64,000 nucleotides of DNA from contig OY740816.1 of the NCBI GenBank assembly GCA_963514005.1, positions 15,748,001 to 15,812,000 on the forward strand, written 5' to 3'. Of the stretch, positions 48,943 to 63,200 are shown in pieces. The notes below the pieces were generated by a model. The model made no database searches. It saw only the letters and a list, made by a program, of their open reading frames with translations, and was not told where the DNA came from. The DNA is from Raja brachyura (Eukaryota). Numbering within the stretch: the first letter of the stretch is position 1; every line of letters starts with the position of its first letter. Both the position numbers and the translations under genes were made by a program.

Positions 48943-51900
48943 TTGACCGTCAGCCCAGAGACATTAAATTAGACGAACTATGTACAAATGACTGACCATG
49001 GGAGTGTGCAGGGGTCACCTGTAATGGATGGAATTGGGAATCTGCCGGGTATCACCTGCTGCGTGTAGACCTTGGTTGGTAAATAAATGAGTAAGGTACC
49101 ACTTAAATCCACCACCACGGTGTGCTCACTGTCACGCCCATATCAACAACACAAACGGCAGACATTTTTCCCGCTGCAAAAAGGTCAACCAGACCCCCCC
49201 CCCCCCCCCCTACAAAGGGCCTAATAAATGGGCTAGCATAGACGAGCAAGGCACCACTCAAAATAATGCCAAATGAACAAGTTGAGTTCATAGAGCACAA
49301 AATGGCTTATGCCAGACAAATAGTCCGCTGCAATACAGGTACCAGACACCCCAAAAATGGACAACTGGTGTTCAACTAGGCTAGCCTAGATATTGTGGGT
49401 ACCAGCTAAAACCAAGTTTAAGTGATCTATCACACCTTGGGGGATATAAAATGACCTACGACAGAACAATTATCCACTTCCTTGGGTCTACCAGACCCCC
49501 TAAATGAGCCCGATAGGCATAAGGGGTTCCCCAAGGGTCTGATGGGCACAACGCATTCCCCAAGTCGCGATTGATTATTTAAAGCAAACATTTAGCCCGA
49601 TGGCAAACATGTGGTCCAAAATTGACACTTTGGTCCCAAGCTCATTTGTATATGGCCCAATGTATTTTTAAAGTGTATTATTAATGTACTTGTGTAGGGA
49701 ATTAGTCATTAAAGAATAACAGACTCAAATGTTAACCCTACCGCTAAGGAAATGTTCTGTCGTTTTGTTACATAGTTACATTAAACCTTTAAATTCGAAA
49801 TATATTATATTGCATAGCAATAGTTGGAAGATACCCCATAAGATGTCCTCTGAACTTATTTGTGTGAAACGCTGTTAAACTACAATAATTATTTCAGTTT
49901 TCTAACATTACTGGGAGATCAAAATCTCGAGGTCGCCATGATAACTGTATTTGAGGTTGGAGAACACATGTACAAAACATGAAAAGTTTCTTATGGCAAA
50001 AATGGAAAATGATTTCAGCTTTTGAAAGAAAATGTAAATGATTACTGTACCATCAGTTGTGCAAGTTGTTTTGGAATTTTTTTCAAGCAAGCCCTCACCT
50101 CATTTACATATAAAAATTGAAGTGATATGATGACCTAAGACTAGATATGCAGCTGTTGGTACTTTGTATTTTGGTCTTTCAAAGGGAGTATGTATTGCTA
50201 AAACCACAGAGTCATTGGAGTAAAGCTCACTGGAATTTTAAGCAGTCCAAAAACTGCTTCATCAGGTCATTTACCCGGTTTACACTAAATCTTGATTTAC
50301 AAAATGAACAAGAAATGCTTAATGAAATTAAATTACATGACTTTCTGAAGGTGGCTTGGGCATTACGAAATAATAACTTTTCTTCCAGTTCACATATTCT
50401 GTACTTCAACATATTTACCTGAGAATAATTCTGAAAAGATAACTTGGTCTGCCGTTAAGCAGTTGTTAGATATAGCGATTTCAAAACAAACAGTATGCAT
50501 CAAAAACAGCCTGAAGTTGCCATTAGTAAAATTGGCAAAATGTGAACAGCTGGACATATTTTGCAATGAGAAACAAATTAGCAGACAGACAGCAGGGCAT
50601 GATGTACATCTCATTTTCATGTTCCGAGTCATCGTTCTATTCTGGTCCAGAACTTGTGTCATTTATGTCAAGTGTACCTTCTATGTCCTCGGTGTGTCCG
50701 TCGTCTTCAGTATTGTCACTCACAGAAACATCTTCAAAGACGTTGTCTAGTACTGCAGGTCCGGGAAACCTATCGGGCATGTAATGTCCATTTTCATCCT
50801 TCCATCCATACTGCAGTGGATCCATATCTTGATCTGGTTTGTGCAGGTGAAAACTCAATCAACTTAATCTTGGAATAGAAACATAGAAAAATAGGTGCAG
50901 GAGTAGGTCATTCGACCCTTCGAGCCTGCACCGCCATTCAATATGATCATGGTTGATCATCCAACTCGGTATCCCGTACCTGCCTTCTCTCCATACCCCC
51001 TGATCCCTTTAGCCACAAGTGCCACATCTAACGCCCTCTTAAATATAGCCAATGAACTGGCCTCAACTACCTTCTGTGGCAGAGAATTCCAGAGACTCAC
51101 CACTCTCTGTGTAAAAAATGTTTTCCTCATCTCGGTCCTAAAGGAATTCCCCCTTATCCTTAGACTGTGACCCCTTGTTCTGGACTCCCCCAACATCGGG
51201 AACAATCTTCCCGCATCTAGCTTGTCCAACCCCTTAAGAATTTTGTAAGTTTCTATAAGATCCACCCTCAATCTTCTAAATTCCAGCGAGTACAAGCCGA
51301 GTCTATCTAATCTTTCCTCATATGAAAGTCCTGACATCCCAGGAATCAGTCTGGTGAATCTTCTCTGTACCCCCTCTATGGCAAGGATGTCGTTCCTCAG
51401 ATTTCGTGACCAAAACTGTACGCAATACTCCAGGTGTGGCCTCACCAAAACCCTGTACAACTGCAGTAGAACATCCCTGCTCCTATACTCAAATCCTTTC
51501 GCTATGAATGCTAACATACCATTTGCTTTCTTCACTGCCTGCTGCACCTGCATGCCTACTTTCAATGACTGGTGTACCATGACACCCAGGTCTCGTTGCA
51601 TCTCCCCTTTTCCTAATCTGCCACCATTCAGATAATAGTTTCCCCTCATGTTTTTGCCACCAAAGTGGATAACCTCACATTTATCCACATTATACTGCAT
51701 CTGCAATGTATCTGCCCATTCACTCAGCCTATCTAAATCACCCTGCAGCCTCCAAGCATCCTCCTCACACCTAACTATACCCCCCAGCTTGGTGTCATCT
51801 GCAAATTTGGAGATGTTGCATTGAATTCCCTCGTCCAAATCATTAATATATATTGTAAATAGCTGGGGTCCCAGCACTGAACCTTGCGGTACCCCACTAG

Positions 51901-53741
51901 CCACTGCCTGCCATTCTGAAAATGACCCGTTTACTCCTACCCTTTGCCTCCTGTCTGCTAGCCAGTTCTCTATCCACATCAATACTGAACCCCCAATACC
52001 GTGTGCTTCAAGTTTGTATGCTAATCGCTTATTCGGGACCTTGTCGAAAGCCTTCTGAAAGTCTAGATATAACAGATCCACTGGTTCTCCCTTATCCACT
52101 CTACTAGTTACATCCTCGAAAAATTCTATCAGATTTGTCAGACATGATTTACCTTTCGTAAATCCATGCTGACTTCGTCTAATGATTTCACCACTTTCCA
52201 AATGCGCTGCTATCCCATCTTTAATAACTGACTCTAGCAGTTTCCCCACTACCGATGTTAGACTAACTGGTCTGTAATTCCCTGCTTTCTCTCTCCCTCA
52301 TTTTTTAAAAAGTGGGATTACATTAGCTACCCTCCAATCCTCAGGAACTACTCCAGAATCTAAGGAATTTTGAAAAATTATCACTAATGCATCCACTATT
52401 TCTGTGGATACTCCTTGAGTACTCTGGGATGCAGACTATCTGGCCATGGGGATTTATCGGCCTTCAATCCGTTCAATTTACCCAACACCACCTCCCGGCT
52501 AACCTGGATTTCACTCAGTTCCTCAATCTTATTTGACCCCCGTTCCACTGCTATTTCCGGCAGATTATTTATGTCTTCCTTAGCGAAGACAGAACCAAAG
52601 TAGTTATTCAATTGGTCTGCCATGTCCTTGTTCCCCATGATCAATTCACCTGTTTCTGACTGCAAGGGACCAACATTTGTTTTAACTAGTCTCTTTCTCT
52701 TCACATATCTAAATCATCATTACAGTTTAGAGGACCCCCCCCCCCCCCCCATGTACATTGTCTTACTACTAGTACTAGCTAAGGTTATGTAATTTGCCCA
52801 GGATAATATTAGCCTTGACTGTACTAAAAAACGTTAATGGGAGAAAAATGTATACTAAAAATACTATCCGTCAAAGCTTGTCCTTCCATTTGCATATAGC
52901 AAACTTAAAAAACCTAGGTCGTCTACGTATTTTGTTTATTAGTTTGGTTCAAGATGATAAATCTATCAAACATAAATAACAAATTATCAGTTTATGAATC
53001 ACTAAAAAATTAACATTATTGTAGCAATTATCTTCTTCATCTGTGATATATGGTAAGTAAATATTGCAAATATTTCGAAATTCATACTTAAGGCCAAGGC
53101 AATGGGTTATCATTCTGGCATGGGTCATTTTGTATTTCACAGGCTGTGATTGTTCATCTAAACCTGATTTCAGCTGGTGCCTTTAATATCTAGGCTAGCG
53201 TAGATTGGTCCAAGAGCCCATTTAGGGGGTCTGGTAGGCCCAATGAAGCAGATAATTGTTCTGTCACATGCCAATTTATATTCCCCAAGCTATGGGGGAT
53301 CATTTAAACTTGGTTTAATCTTGTACACACAATATCTAGGACTGCAGGGTCTAGGGTGTTCATTTTTGGGGTGTCTGGTACCTGTACTGCAGCGGACTAT
53401 TTGTCTGGCCTAACCCATTTTGTACTCTGAATTCAACTTGTTCATTTGGCATTATTTTTGTGTGGTACATTGCTCGTCTATACGCTAGCCCGTTTTTCGG
53501 CCCTTTGTGGTGTGGCTGGCGGGCCTTTTGCAGCGGGAAAAATGTCTGCCGTTGGTGTTGTTGATATAGACGCGGCAGGGAGCACACCATGGCAGTGGAT
53601 TCAAGTGGTACCTCATCTATTTAGCACCCATTTTTTGGCCCCTTGTGGGGTCACCAAGGTATACACACCACGGGTGGCACTCCCATAGTCAGATATTGGT
53701 ACCTAGTTTGTCTAATCTAATGTCTCTTGGCTGACGGTCTA
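48943..53741 (-). mobile_element. Long-TIR (Academ-like) transposon copy 3, with nested CR1 LINE
   Basis: Ends TTGACCGTCAGCCCAG... and ...GGCTGACGGTCTA; right TIR 53090-53741 mirrors 27782-28500; remnant ORF 50637-50858. Confidence 0.78.
50878..52710 (-). mobile_element. Young 5'-truncated CR1-type LINE with 430-aa open RT ORF (50957-52249)
   Basis: QHGF..GKSCLTNL, YLDFQKAFDKV, GVPQGSVLGP and KFADDTKL RT motifs; absent from the equivalent site in copy 2 (36600). Confidence 0.95.
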
Positions 53742-53882
53742 AAACCCATGCGGTCACTGGGAGAACGTACAAACTCCCTTCAGACAAGCACATGTTGTCG
53801 GGATCGAACCCGGATCTCTGCAAGCGCTGTAAGGCAGCACCTCTGCCGCTGCGCCACAACACCCCCCCTACATGATATGGAC

Positions 53883-53981
53883 CAGGCTTTGGATATTCCG
53901 GCTGATGTCCACCTCCAGGGTCAGGTGCACCGGGAGTTTCACGCAGCTCCCGGATCTCCATGTTCGCAACTTGAAGACCTC
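53883..53981 (-). other. Duplicated 99-nt gene B cytoplasmic exon (alternative exon or pseudo-exon)
   Basis: AG/GT, ATG and frame are retained: MEIRELRETPGAPDPGGGHQPEYPKP. Confidence 0.45.
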
Positions 53982-54606
53982 CTGAACTTTGAAGAACATA
54001 TGAGCAAACATTATTTGGTTTTGTCTTTTTTGTTTTTTTTTGTTAAATATTTTTATTAGAAGTAAGTACATATCAAAATAAAAATATACATGTCGTATAC
54101 ATTCTTAATGTTATTAATATTAACAGTTATTTCAAATTTGTACTTCTATGAATTTTTCATTTTTAATATAGATAGAAAATATAAGAGAAAAATAAAATAA
54201 AGATAGAAATTCAGAAATATGAATGAAGTATTAAGCAGTTTGTACATCATTGGTGATATTTCATGGGTTATTATATGGAAATCTTCGTCTAATTCTTCGT
54301 TCAGGCATCAGTCAGGTTCTCGCACCGAACCACTTTGACCCTTTAAATATTCAATAAATGGAGACCATATCCCTCTATTTGGTTTTGTCTGCAGTTCCCC
54401 ATGTTGCACTTTAGTATTCCGTGTAAGATCTGGGTCTGAATTCCATATAATCTAACCACTTCTGTTTCTGCTACTGCTGTCTGGATCTCACGGTTGCCTG
54501 CCATTTTAATTCCTCTTTCATTTCCCACAGAGACTGGTCTCTCTTCGGCCCCCTTCACTGCCAAGAAGCTTCCAAACGCAAGCGAGAGGAACATCATATA
54601 ATATTC

Positions 54607-55126
54607 ATAGAAACATAGAAAATAGGTGCAGGAGTAGGCCATTCGGCCCTTCGAGCCTGCACCGCCATTCAATGTGATCATGGCTGATCATCCAACTCAG
54701 TATCCCGTACCTGCCTTCTCTCCATACCCCCTGATCCCTTTAGCCACAAGTGCCACATCTAACGCCCTCTTAAATATAGCCAATGAACTGGCCTCAACTA
54801 CCTTCTGTGGCAGAGAATTCCAGAGACTCACCACTCTCTGTGTAAAGAATGTTTTCCTCATTTCGGTCCTAAAGGAATTTCCCCTTATCCTTAGACTGTG
54901 ACCCCTTGTTCTGGACTCCCCCAACATCGGGAACAATCTTCCAGCATCTAGCTTGTCCAACCCCTTAAGAATTTTGTAGGTTTCTATAAGATCCCCCCTC
55001 AATCTTCTAAATTCCATCGAGTACAAACCGAGTCTATCCAATCTTTCCTCATATGAAAGTCCTGACATCCCAGGAATCAGTCTGGTGAATCTTCTCTGTA
55101 CCCCCTCTATGGCAAGGATGTCTTTC
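54607..55126 (-). mobile_element. Young CR1-type LINE 3' fragment
   Basis: Nearly identical to 50878-51390; interrupts the block X sequence atattc|cacatggg. Confidence 0.92.
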
Positions 55127-58100
55127 CACATGGGTTCCTGCAAACTATCGGCGGGGAATCATGAATTCTCCAATTGCAGATAATGCCCACCACCCGGTGT
55201 CCCTTTCCATCTCCTCCTATCTATCCTGGTTCTCTCACACCCACTATTGTTTATCAGAATGCGCCCGACCCCGATCACCCTATCCTCTGTCCCGTACCCC
55301 ATGTGCACATTGCCTACCCACACACTCCACCCATTGCATTCACTCACCCTCACTTCTTACCCACTCCTTTTTGTTCTTACTATCTGTCCACCCCCATTTG
55401 TCGGCTTTACTCTGCCGCTTCATTTCGTATCAGGATCGGAATCTGCACCCGTTTGTTCTCCACTTGCCACCACCCAGTCTCTCGTGCTATCTTCACCTTT
55501 CCCACCTCAGCTGACGCTTATCTACCAGTCAAGCCCTCTTCACCTGTATTCATCTATTGCATGCTGGCTCTTGCCTCACAATTCACCTCCCTATCTAGAC
55601 TACCTGCTTCCCCTCGGCTCATTGACAAGTTGAACTATCTGCATCCTAATCCCCGTTTCCCTCCATAGATGCTGCTCGACCAGCTTAATGTCTCCAACAG
55701 CTCTACTTTATTGCTTTCATCATCTCAGTGTCTTGTTGCTCAACATCTGCCTCTTGCCGTTGCGCTCCAGTGGCACTATCATAGTTCCCGAGCCTGAAGG
55801 ATCAATACACCTTTCCCTTCCCGCGTAGTAACTTTAGTCCTTGATTCCCCTACCTCGGGAAATCTGCACCGTGCATTCATCCTATCTATTTCTCTCATGG
55901 TTTTGTACACCTTTGTACACGTTATACAAATCTGAAGCATTGATTTCTAAATGCTGAGTATTAACTTCCCTTCTGGAGTAATCACTCGAAAACCCATTCG
56001 AGCTTGCAGGTCAACACCGACAAAGTTGCTGGTGGACTTTAGGAGGAGAGGAACACTCCTGTCCCCTGTCTCCATCAATTGTGTGGATGTGTAGATTACC
56101 AAGCAGAACAAATACATTGGAGTTTATCTGGACAGTAAACTGGACTAGTCCAGGAACGCTGAGTCCCTGTACAAGAAGGGACAGAGTCGGCTGTACTTTT
56201 GAGAAGGCTCCGCTCCTTCAATGTCTGCAGTAAGATACTACAGATGTTCTACCATTCTGTGGTAGTCAGTGGCATCCTCTTGGCGGACGTATGCATGGGC
56301 AACAGGGCTAGGCTGCGGACGCCAACAAGATTAACAAAGTCATCAGGAAGACCGGTTCCGTCCTAGGGGCGGAGTTGGATGCATGGGAACTGGTTTTGAA
56401 GAGCATCTTGGAAATACAGCTCACCCCCTCCATGACACACTAGTCAACCTGAGGAGTACATGTAGCAACGCACTGTTTACACCAAGATGCTGTATAGAAC
56501 GCCACAGTAGATCCTTTTCCCTGTGGCTATCAAACTGTACAACTCCTCCCCCTTCTGCCGTGGGGTACACTGACTCCTCTGCGCCAACCCCCATCCCCCT
56601 CCCCAATCTTTGCACATCCCTAATCCTTTCCACTCGTCTCATTAATTTCATGTATCTTCTGTTTTATGACTGTTGTCAAATCAATTACCCTCCTGGGATG
56701 AATAAATGTCCATCGTATCGTATCGTCAAAATATATGCATATATTTGTGGATTTCCTGTTGAAGGTGGGTGGGGGTTCAGTTGTGGTTATCAGTTGGAAG
56801 GTCTTTGGCCCTGAAATGAATTGTAAGAAGTAGCGAGGGGAGTGCACTGTTTTGACCTCCATCTATTTCTAAGCCTAGACTGTTTCTTGTGCAACAAGCA
56901 TGGGGATGGATCATTTCCAAATGGGCAGGGAAACTTTGTAAGCATTTTTTCTTTGGATGTTGCTGTTTGCGCGGCGGAGTGACGCCAGTGAATTTGCTTC
57001 GAACTCTCGCTTGGTAGTAATATCTCTTCTGGAATTGTTCACTTAAAAGCCACCGGCCTGCAGACATACAGTACTGCAGCTTTTTTTTGTCCAGGACTGT
57101 ACTTTGATATGACATTCAGTATCTGCTGCGATTGCATTAAGTTTGCTCTCAAGCTCCATTCTCAGCATTGTCACATTCGAGTGACAGCAATCTTACACTG
57201 CAGGGAAATGCCAAAAGTAGCTTTTGCGTGTAGTAAAATAATCTGAAATATCTTCATAATGTAAAATCAAGGAGGCAGGGGGCAAGTTTGAAAGAGACAT
57301 GCATGAGTTTTAATTCAGAACGTTTATCTGAGCAACGTTTGTTAAATAATGAAATGGCATGTGTATGTAACGAGACACAAAGTGCTGGAGTAACTCACCG
57401 GGTCAGGCAGCATCTCTAGAGAAGTGGTTTGATAGGCCAATCTAAAGAAGGGGGTGGCTCGACTCGAAACGGCACCTACTCAAGTTCTCCCAAGATGCTA
57501 CCTGACCAGATGCAGTTACTCCAGTACTTTGTGGCTCTTTTTATAAGCCAGCATCTGTAGTTGTTCGGGCCTCTCTAACACATAACCAACTTGTTTAATT
57601 CTTGTTTTCAATGCACAATGCGCACCCACTTCAGTATATCCCACATTAACTCCATCTCTGGAGTGTAGAAACCTCCCGCCATTTCACCGGTGTAAGCAGT
57701 GTTCCTCTGTTTCGTGCTGAATCGCTCGATAGTCAGTCGAAAACATAATGCAAAGATCAAGTAAGGTCGTTTGCCTCCATATGACCCATCTCCATCCATT
57801 CCCTACTTACGCATGTGATAATCTAAAACTTTCTTACACGCCACTATCATATTTGCCCCAACCACTACACTGGGCAACGTGTTCTAGGCACTTGCCACTC
57901 ATGTTTAAATGACTTGTCCTACACATCTGATGTAAACTTTGCCCCTTTCATCTTGAAGCTAAGCCCTTTGGTCTTTGACATTTCCATCCTGAGTAAAAGG
58001 TTCAGACTATCAACACCATCCACATCTCTCATAGTATTATTTACTTCTGTCAGGTCTCCCCTCAATCTCAGGCGCTCCAGTGAAAACAAGCCAAGGCTGT

Positions 58101-58909
58101 CCAACTTCTCAATATTGCTAATATCCTCTAATCCAGACAGCATCCTGGGAATCCTCTCCAAAGCTTCCGCACCCTTACTACAATTGTGCGACCAGAACTG
58201 CATGCAATATTTCAAATGTAGATCATCAGGTTTCATATTGAGCAAAGCTTTTGTACCACCTCGCGCGTTTTCTCACATCCGCTTTGCAAGTCATTCTTCA
58301 CCAGATATTTATCCAGTTCTTGTACTTAATACCACACATACCAGATTCCACACTTCAGTTTCCAATCACAAACTGCAGAACATTTCTTCCTCTTTGCCCT
58401 CTTGAATTCGCTTCCCCTTTAAAAAACACTTGCGACCTCTGATCCTGAACAGGCTAGCATAGCACTACCCACTTTACACTGAACCGTTATTTTTTTTATA
58501 TTCAATAGGACATTTTCTCTTACCCGTCTCTTCTCTAAAGAAGCAATTCTAACCACTCCAATCTACCCGTGTGATTATGGTTTTTGCTCCCAGAAGCAGT
58601 TTTTAACGATCTGCTTTCATCAAATTCTCTAACGCCCTTGTTCATTTCCTACAGAGTAGAGACTGTAATGGAATAAAATGTTGAAATTGAGACCGGACCG
58701 AAGTTTGCTACAGGTTCAGTACAACGACTATGTATTTTAAGCTACAATCGATAAAATACAGAACTATGTGTGTCTTATTTAGTATTTTATCATCCGGTCC
58801 ACAAAGTCTAATGTTCAGTGCTGTGGCGTCGGCACATGATGCCCGGTTCGGCAGTGACCACACCAACACGGCTGTTCAGTCCTTCTTCGTCTTCCAAAGA
58901 GGAGACGTG

Positions 58910-58914
<5 letters not shown>

Positions 58915-58945
<31 letters not shown>
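58915..58945 (+). repeat. (CT)n microsatellite
   Basis: Directly visible. Confidence 0.9.
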
Positions 58946-58951
<6 letters not shown>

Positions 58952-60299
58952 CCGCCCAGAGCCCCAACTATTACAAATACCGGCATGTTGATTGGAAAGT
59001 ACCCAGTCTGAAAATAGTCATGTACGAGCATGTGACTCAAAGATCACGCTCCTCAGTTCGAGCTCGTTCCTCGTGTAGCCAGCACCAGGAAACAGATATG
59101 ATGACATTTAATGGAATTAATGGGAACACATTTAGATTTAATGGAAAGTACCGCGTGGGCAAGTGTGTAACCAGAAACTACAGCTATCTAACTGGCCCCC
59201 TAACTCCATCACCCCACCCACACACACGCACGCATGTTCTAAAAAAAACAGGAACAGATCCTCGGTGACATGTGCAAATGAAAAGAACTAAACTGGTTCA
59301 TGTGCTCGAGGGATTCATGGCAGAGAGTTTGTAAAATCAATGATAAAGATCGCACATTCTATGGAATGGATGTACAAATTTATTTGCATACACAAGCAAA
59401 ATCTAAGCCATTGAATTAATGTAGTTACGCAATTGATGCAACCGTATAGTTGGAATGGGATTGCAATATACATCATAGACTAGATACACATTGACGGAAG
59501 GAAGTGTACAATGGTGAAATTGCGATGCACGATCGATTCGCGTTATTGATTCAATAGAATGGAATAATCATGAGGAATTGGAGTGCACGATGGATGGAGT
59601 TCACAGCCACACTTGACCGTAATATCCCTATCTGAGATTAAGTTGCACCTGCACGGAAGGGTCTGTAATGAGAATAATCAATCAGTTGGAATATAAGCCC
59701 GATGAAATGTGTGCATAGTGGAAGCATCGTGGTATACATTCGACCGAATGGAATGTCAAACACAATAGAATGAGAATGGACAATTAATGGAATTGGTATG
59801 TACATTCATTGTAAGCAGAAACTGAAACGCTTTGTATAACATGTGGATATGTTTAGTTTACTTTAATTTAGTTTAGTTTAGTTTAGTTTAGAGATACAGC
59901 TCTGAACTCTCAGCCCTGATGAAGGGAAGTCCGCACCGACACATTATGAATGCACAATGGTGGAGTGCAATTTTGGTGCCATAAATTATACACACAATGG
60001 AAATGAGATAATAAAATCAATGAAATGGTGGTAACAAATGGGCGAAATCACGAAACACAATTGATGGAACGAAGTACATTATCGAACAAGTGGAACATAC
60101 ATAATTAATGGAATGCAGTTCCCAACAATGGAAATAAAAAGTATGCTCATTGAAATAATAGCGTACCTCGTGTAATAGAATATAGGATAGAGAACAAACT
60201 CGAATGAAAATAGGGGGAACAATTGATAGAAACACATTTCCCTGTGACATGCAGTTCTGTCTCCAATGTTTGTATATGGGGACCAAAAGGGCAACTACG

Positions 60300-63200
60300 T
60301 GAATCCCAGCGCGCTACCTGCTGATGAACAAAACAGAGATAGTTTCAGCCGGAAAGCTGAAATAAGCGGGTTGATTGGTGTTGTAGTCATTGTCGTTACC
60401 AATGCATGGTTTGACCTACCAGTATACTACGAAAAATAAAGATTTTCCACTAAATCTCGGTACACCTGAGAAGAATCACCCAACCCATGCCAGAATTTCC
60501 AATGTTCCAGTAAATGAGCGGATATTCATGGCACATTCGGAGTCACAGACGACGTTGGAAGTAACTGGGAGGGGAATTGGGTAAACTGGGAAGAGGGAGG
60601 TGGAAGACGTATGAATGCAGAACTAGTAATATCTCTTTCCCTCTGTCCTTTTATATCACTTCCATTCGTCGGGCGAAGTATCCAAGAGGTTTGTTTTGGG
60701 CAATATAATGATCATTGTGTAGAGGACAATATTGAAGTCTTATGCCATTTGTCAAAGTCTAAACGATAAAACGTTTGGCGTCTTTCTGACTGGTCGATTC
60801 CCACTCGTACATTCAGCAGCGATTTTCTTTTTTTCATTTCTAATTTTCAGCATGTGGGTGTCTAATTATCAGACGGGTGGGATCAGACTTAGAAAATGCC
60901 ACCCAACCCCCAAATAACATGGTCCAACCCTCACCCTGGAACATGACCTGCTTCTGGGCCTTTTGGCTGTCTTTATGGCCTTGGCTGACCGTTCTACCTC
61001 TCTGCACTGATTGTGTGAACCTGCTGACAAAAAAGTAATAGAAGTTCTGGAAATTATCGCCAGCTCAGTTCGGTTTCCTCTGGGACAGATGGAGGGAGTA
61101 TTTCTGATCATTGAGAACCCTCGTCAGTTTGGTTGTGAAGGAAGAGTGAGAGAACAATTGTGCAATGGTGTTAGAAAATGGTTGCGCCTTTCTGCTGCTA
61201 TTCCTCTCGGACATCTCGCGGGAGGCCGCGTTGCATCTAATATATTTAATCTCGCTTCACATCACAACATGGACAAAGACACTTGTATGCAGCGAATGTT
61301 ACGGGACCTGAGTATTGGCGGTGATGTCAGAGGGTTAGAACGGGTGTCGGGGTTACAATTATGGGGAGAAGGCAGGAGAATGGGGTTAGGTGGGAGACCT
61401 AGATCAGTCATGATTCAATGGCGGAGTAGCCTTGATGGGCCGAATGGCCTAATTCTGCTCCTGAGACTTGTGAGCGGGTGCACACAAACCATTCGATTGC
61501 AGGCCGCCCGTTTAATCTCGGAGGATGTAAACTTTACTGAAACATTAATCTGGGGTAAACATAAATCTCGGACAATATTAATAATTATTAGAGAAAATGA
61601 AGCAATAGAGGCAAAGCAACGTGGATTAACTGAGAACAAATTCCGTTTAAACATATTATAGGAATTTCTTGATAAGGCCTCAGATAAGGTGGATGAGGCC
61701 AAGGCCAAGGCCGTCGCTATGTTGTATGTAATCCATGATGATGACACGTTGTATGAGGGCGGGATGGGGACTCGGAGCTACAAACACAGACTCATATCAG
61801 ATTATGAGGATTCCGAAATCTACCAATAAAAGGTTAATAATGTATTTCTAGGTGATCCGTACAGCATGGATCACCAAGCCCTTGGAAGGTTTGGTGAAAC
61901 TTCACCGTTCAATTGTGGTGGACGATGGCTGAAGATGAAAGGCCAGTGGAAAAAATCAAAATGAGCTGACGTGCCACTCCTCTTGTCCAAGGGGCCAGTG
62001 AGTATCTGGTCAGCTTGAGCCCTGGAGACGATGATCCGTCTTGCCGGGGCAAACATCTAGGACACCTCTGGAGACACCTTTTGACCAAGAATCCAACTGC
62101 TTATGAGTGTCTACACGTCCACCGAAATGCACTTAATTAAAAATACATATAAGATAGGACTATATGACTTAGTGATCGAGCGCCATGGTTCATCCGATTT
62201 CCTCTTGAACCCATCAAAAAATCAGACGTGAGCACGTATGGTGGATTTCAGCAACACGCGTTTAATTTCCTGCGTTTTGCTTGAAGAACCAGAAGCCGCA
62301 TCTTGCGATGTGTGTTTCATAAACATGAAAATCTTGCAGCTAAATAAACATGGAGCAAGGGTGTAATATTGTGAACCTCTTGGAGTTGCGCACCGATGAG
62401 AAAATCGGAGACAGATTTTTAGTCTGAAAAAACAGAAACCAGTTGTTTAATCATTATTGTAGTAATTTTGGATACTAATTTCTGGGTTGATTCATCTAGA
62501 TAGCACGTAACATAAAGTTTCTCGCTTTACGGCGGTACACATCACAATTATAAACTGACCGATACCAAGAGCTTGGTGTGTTCCAATGGGTAGGCAGATA
62601 AAATTTGCATATTCACAATTAGTTTAGTTTCGTTTAGAGATACAGCGCGGAAACAGTCCCGTCGGCTCACCGACTCCGCACTGACCAACGATCACCGCGA
62701 ATTAACACTACGCTACACCCTCTGGGAAAGTTTACATTTATATCAAGTCAATTAACCAGCACAACGACGATCTCGGAGAAAACCCACGCAGGTCATGGGG
62801 AGAACGCACAAATTCGGTATAGACAAGCAACCGCGGTCAGGATCGAACCCGGGTCTCTGGCGCTCTGAGGCGTAGATGGTGCAAGGCATTTGATAAGTTT
62901 CAGCGTGGTAGGCTGGTTGCACGAGATCGAGGGAGAGCTAGCTGAAATGTATGGAGAATTGGCTTCATGGACGGACTGAAATTGAAGACATAATCAATGG
63001 CATAGAAAAGTCAATCGCTGGTTGGAAGTACACAACTCTGATAGTCGAAGTAAACATAGGCACACGAGCGCGCGCGCACACACACACACAAACACACACG
63101 AACACGCACACGCACGCACATTTCTGAGGGATGCGGAATAGAAGGCAGCGACGACATAGGTGAAATGGAGTACTTAAACCAATGGTTAAACCAAAACCAC

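Larger units (their letters stand above)
53742..58520 (+). repeat. Block X copy 4
   Basis: Same mid-SINE start as copy 2; has extra insertions at ~54025-54375 and 54607-55126. Confidence 0.9.

Noticed and set aside
50957-52249. Longest ORF (430 aa) as a host gene or a prokaryotic RT system (retron/DGR)
   Set aside because: It is a standard CR1-type LINE RT, 5'-truncated and with a LINE tail.
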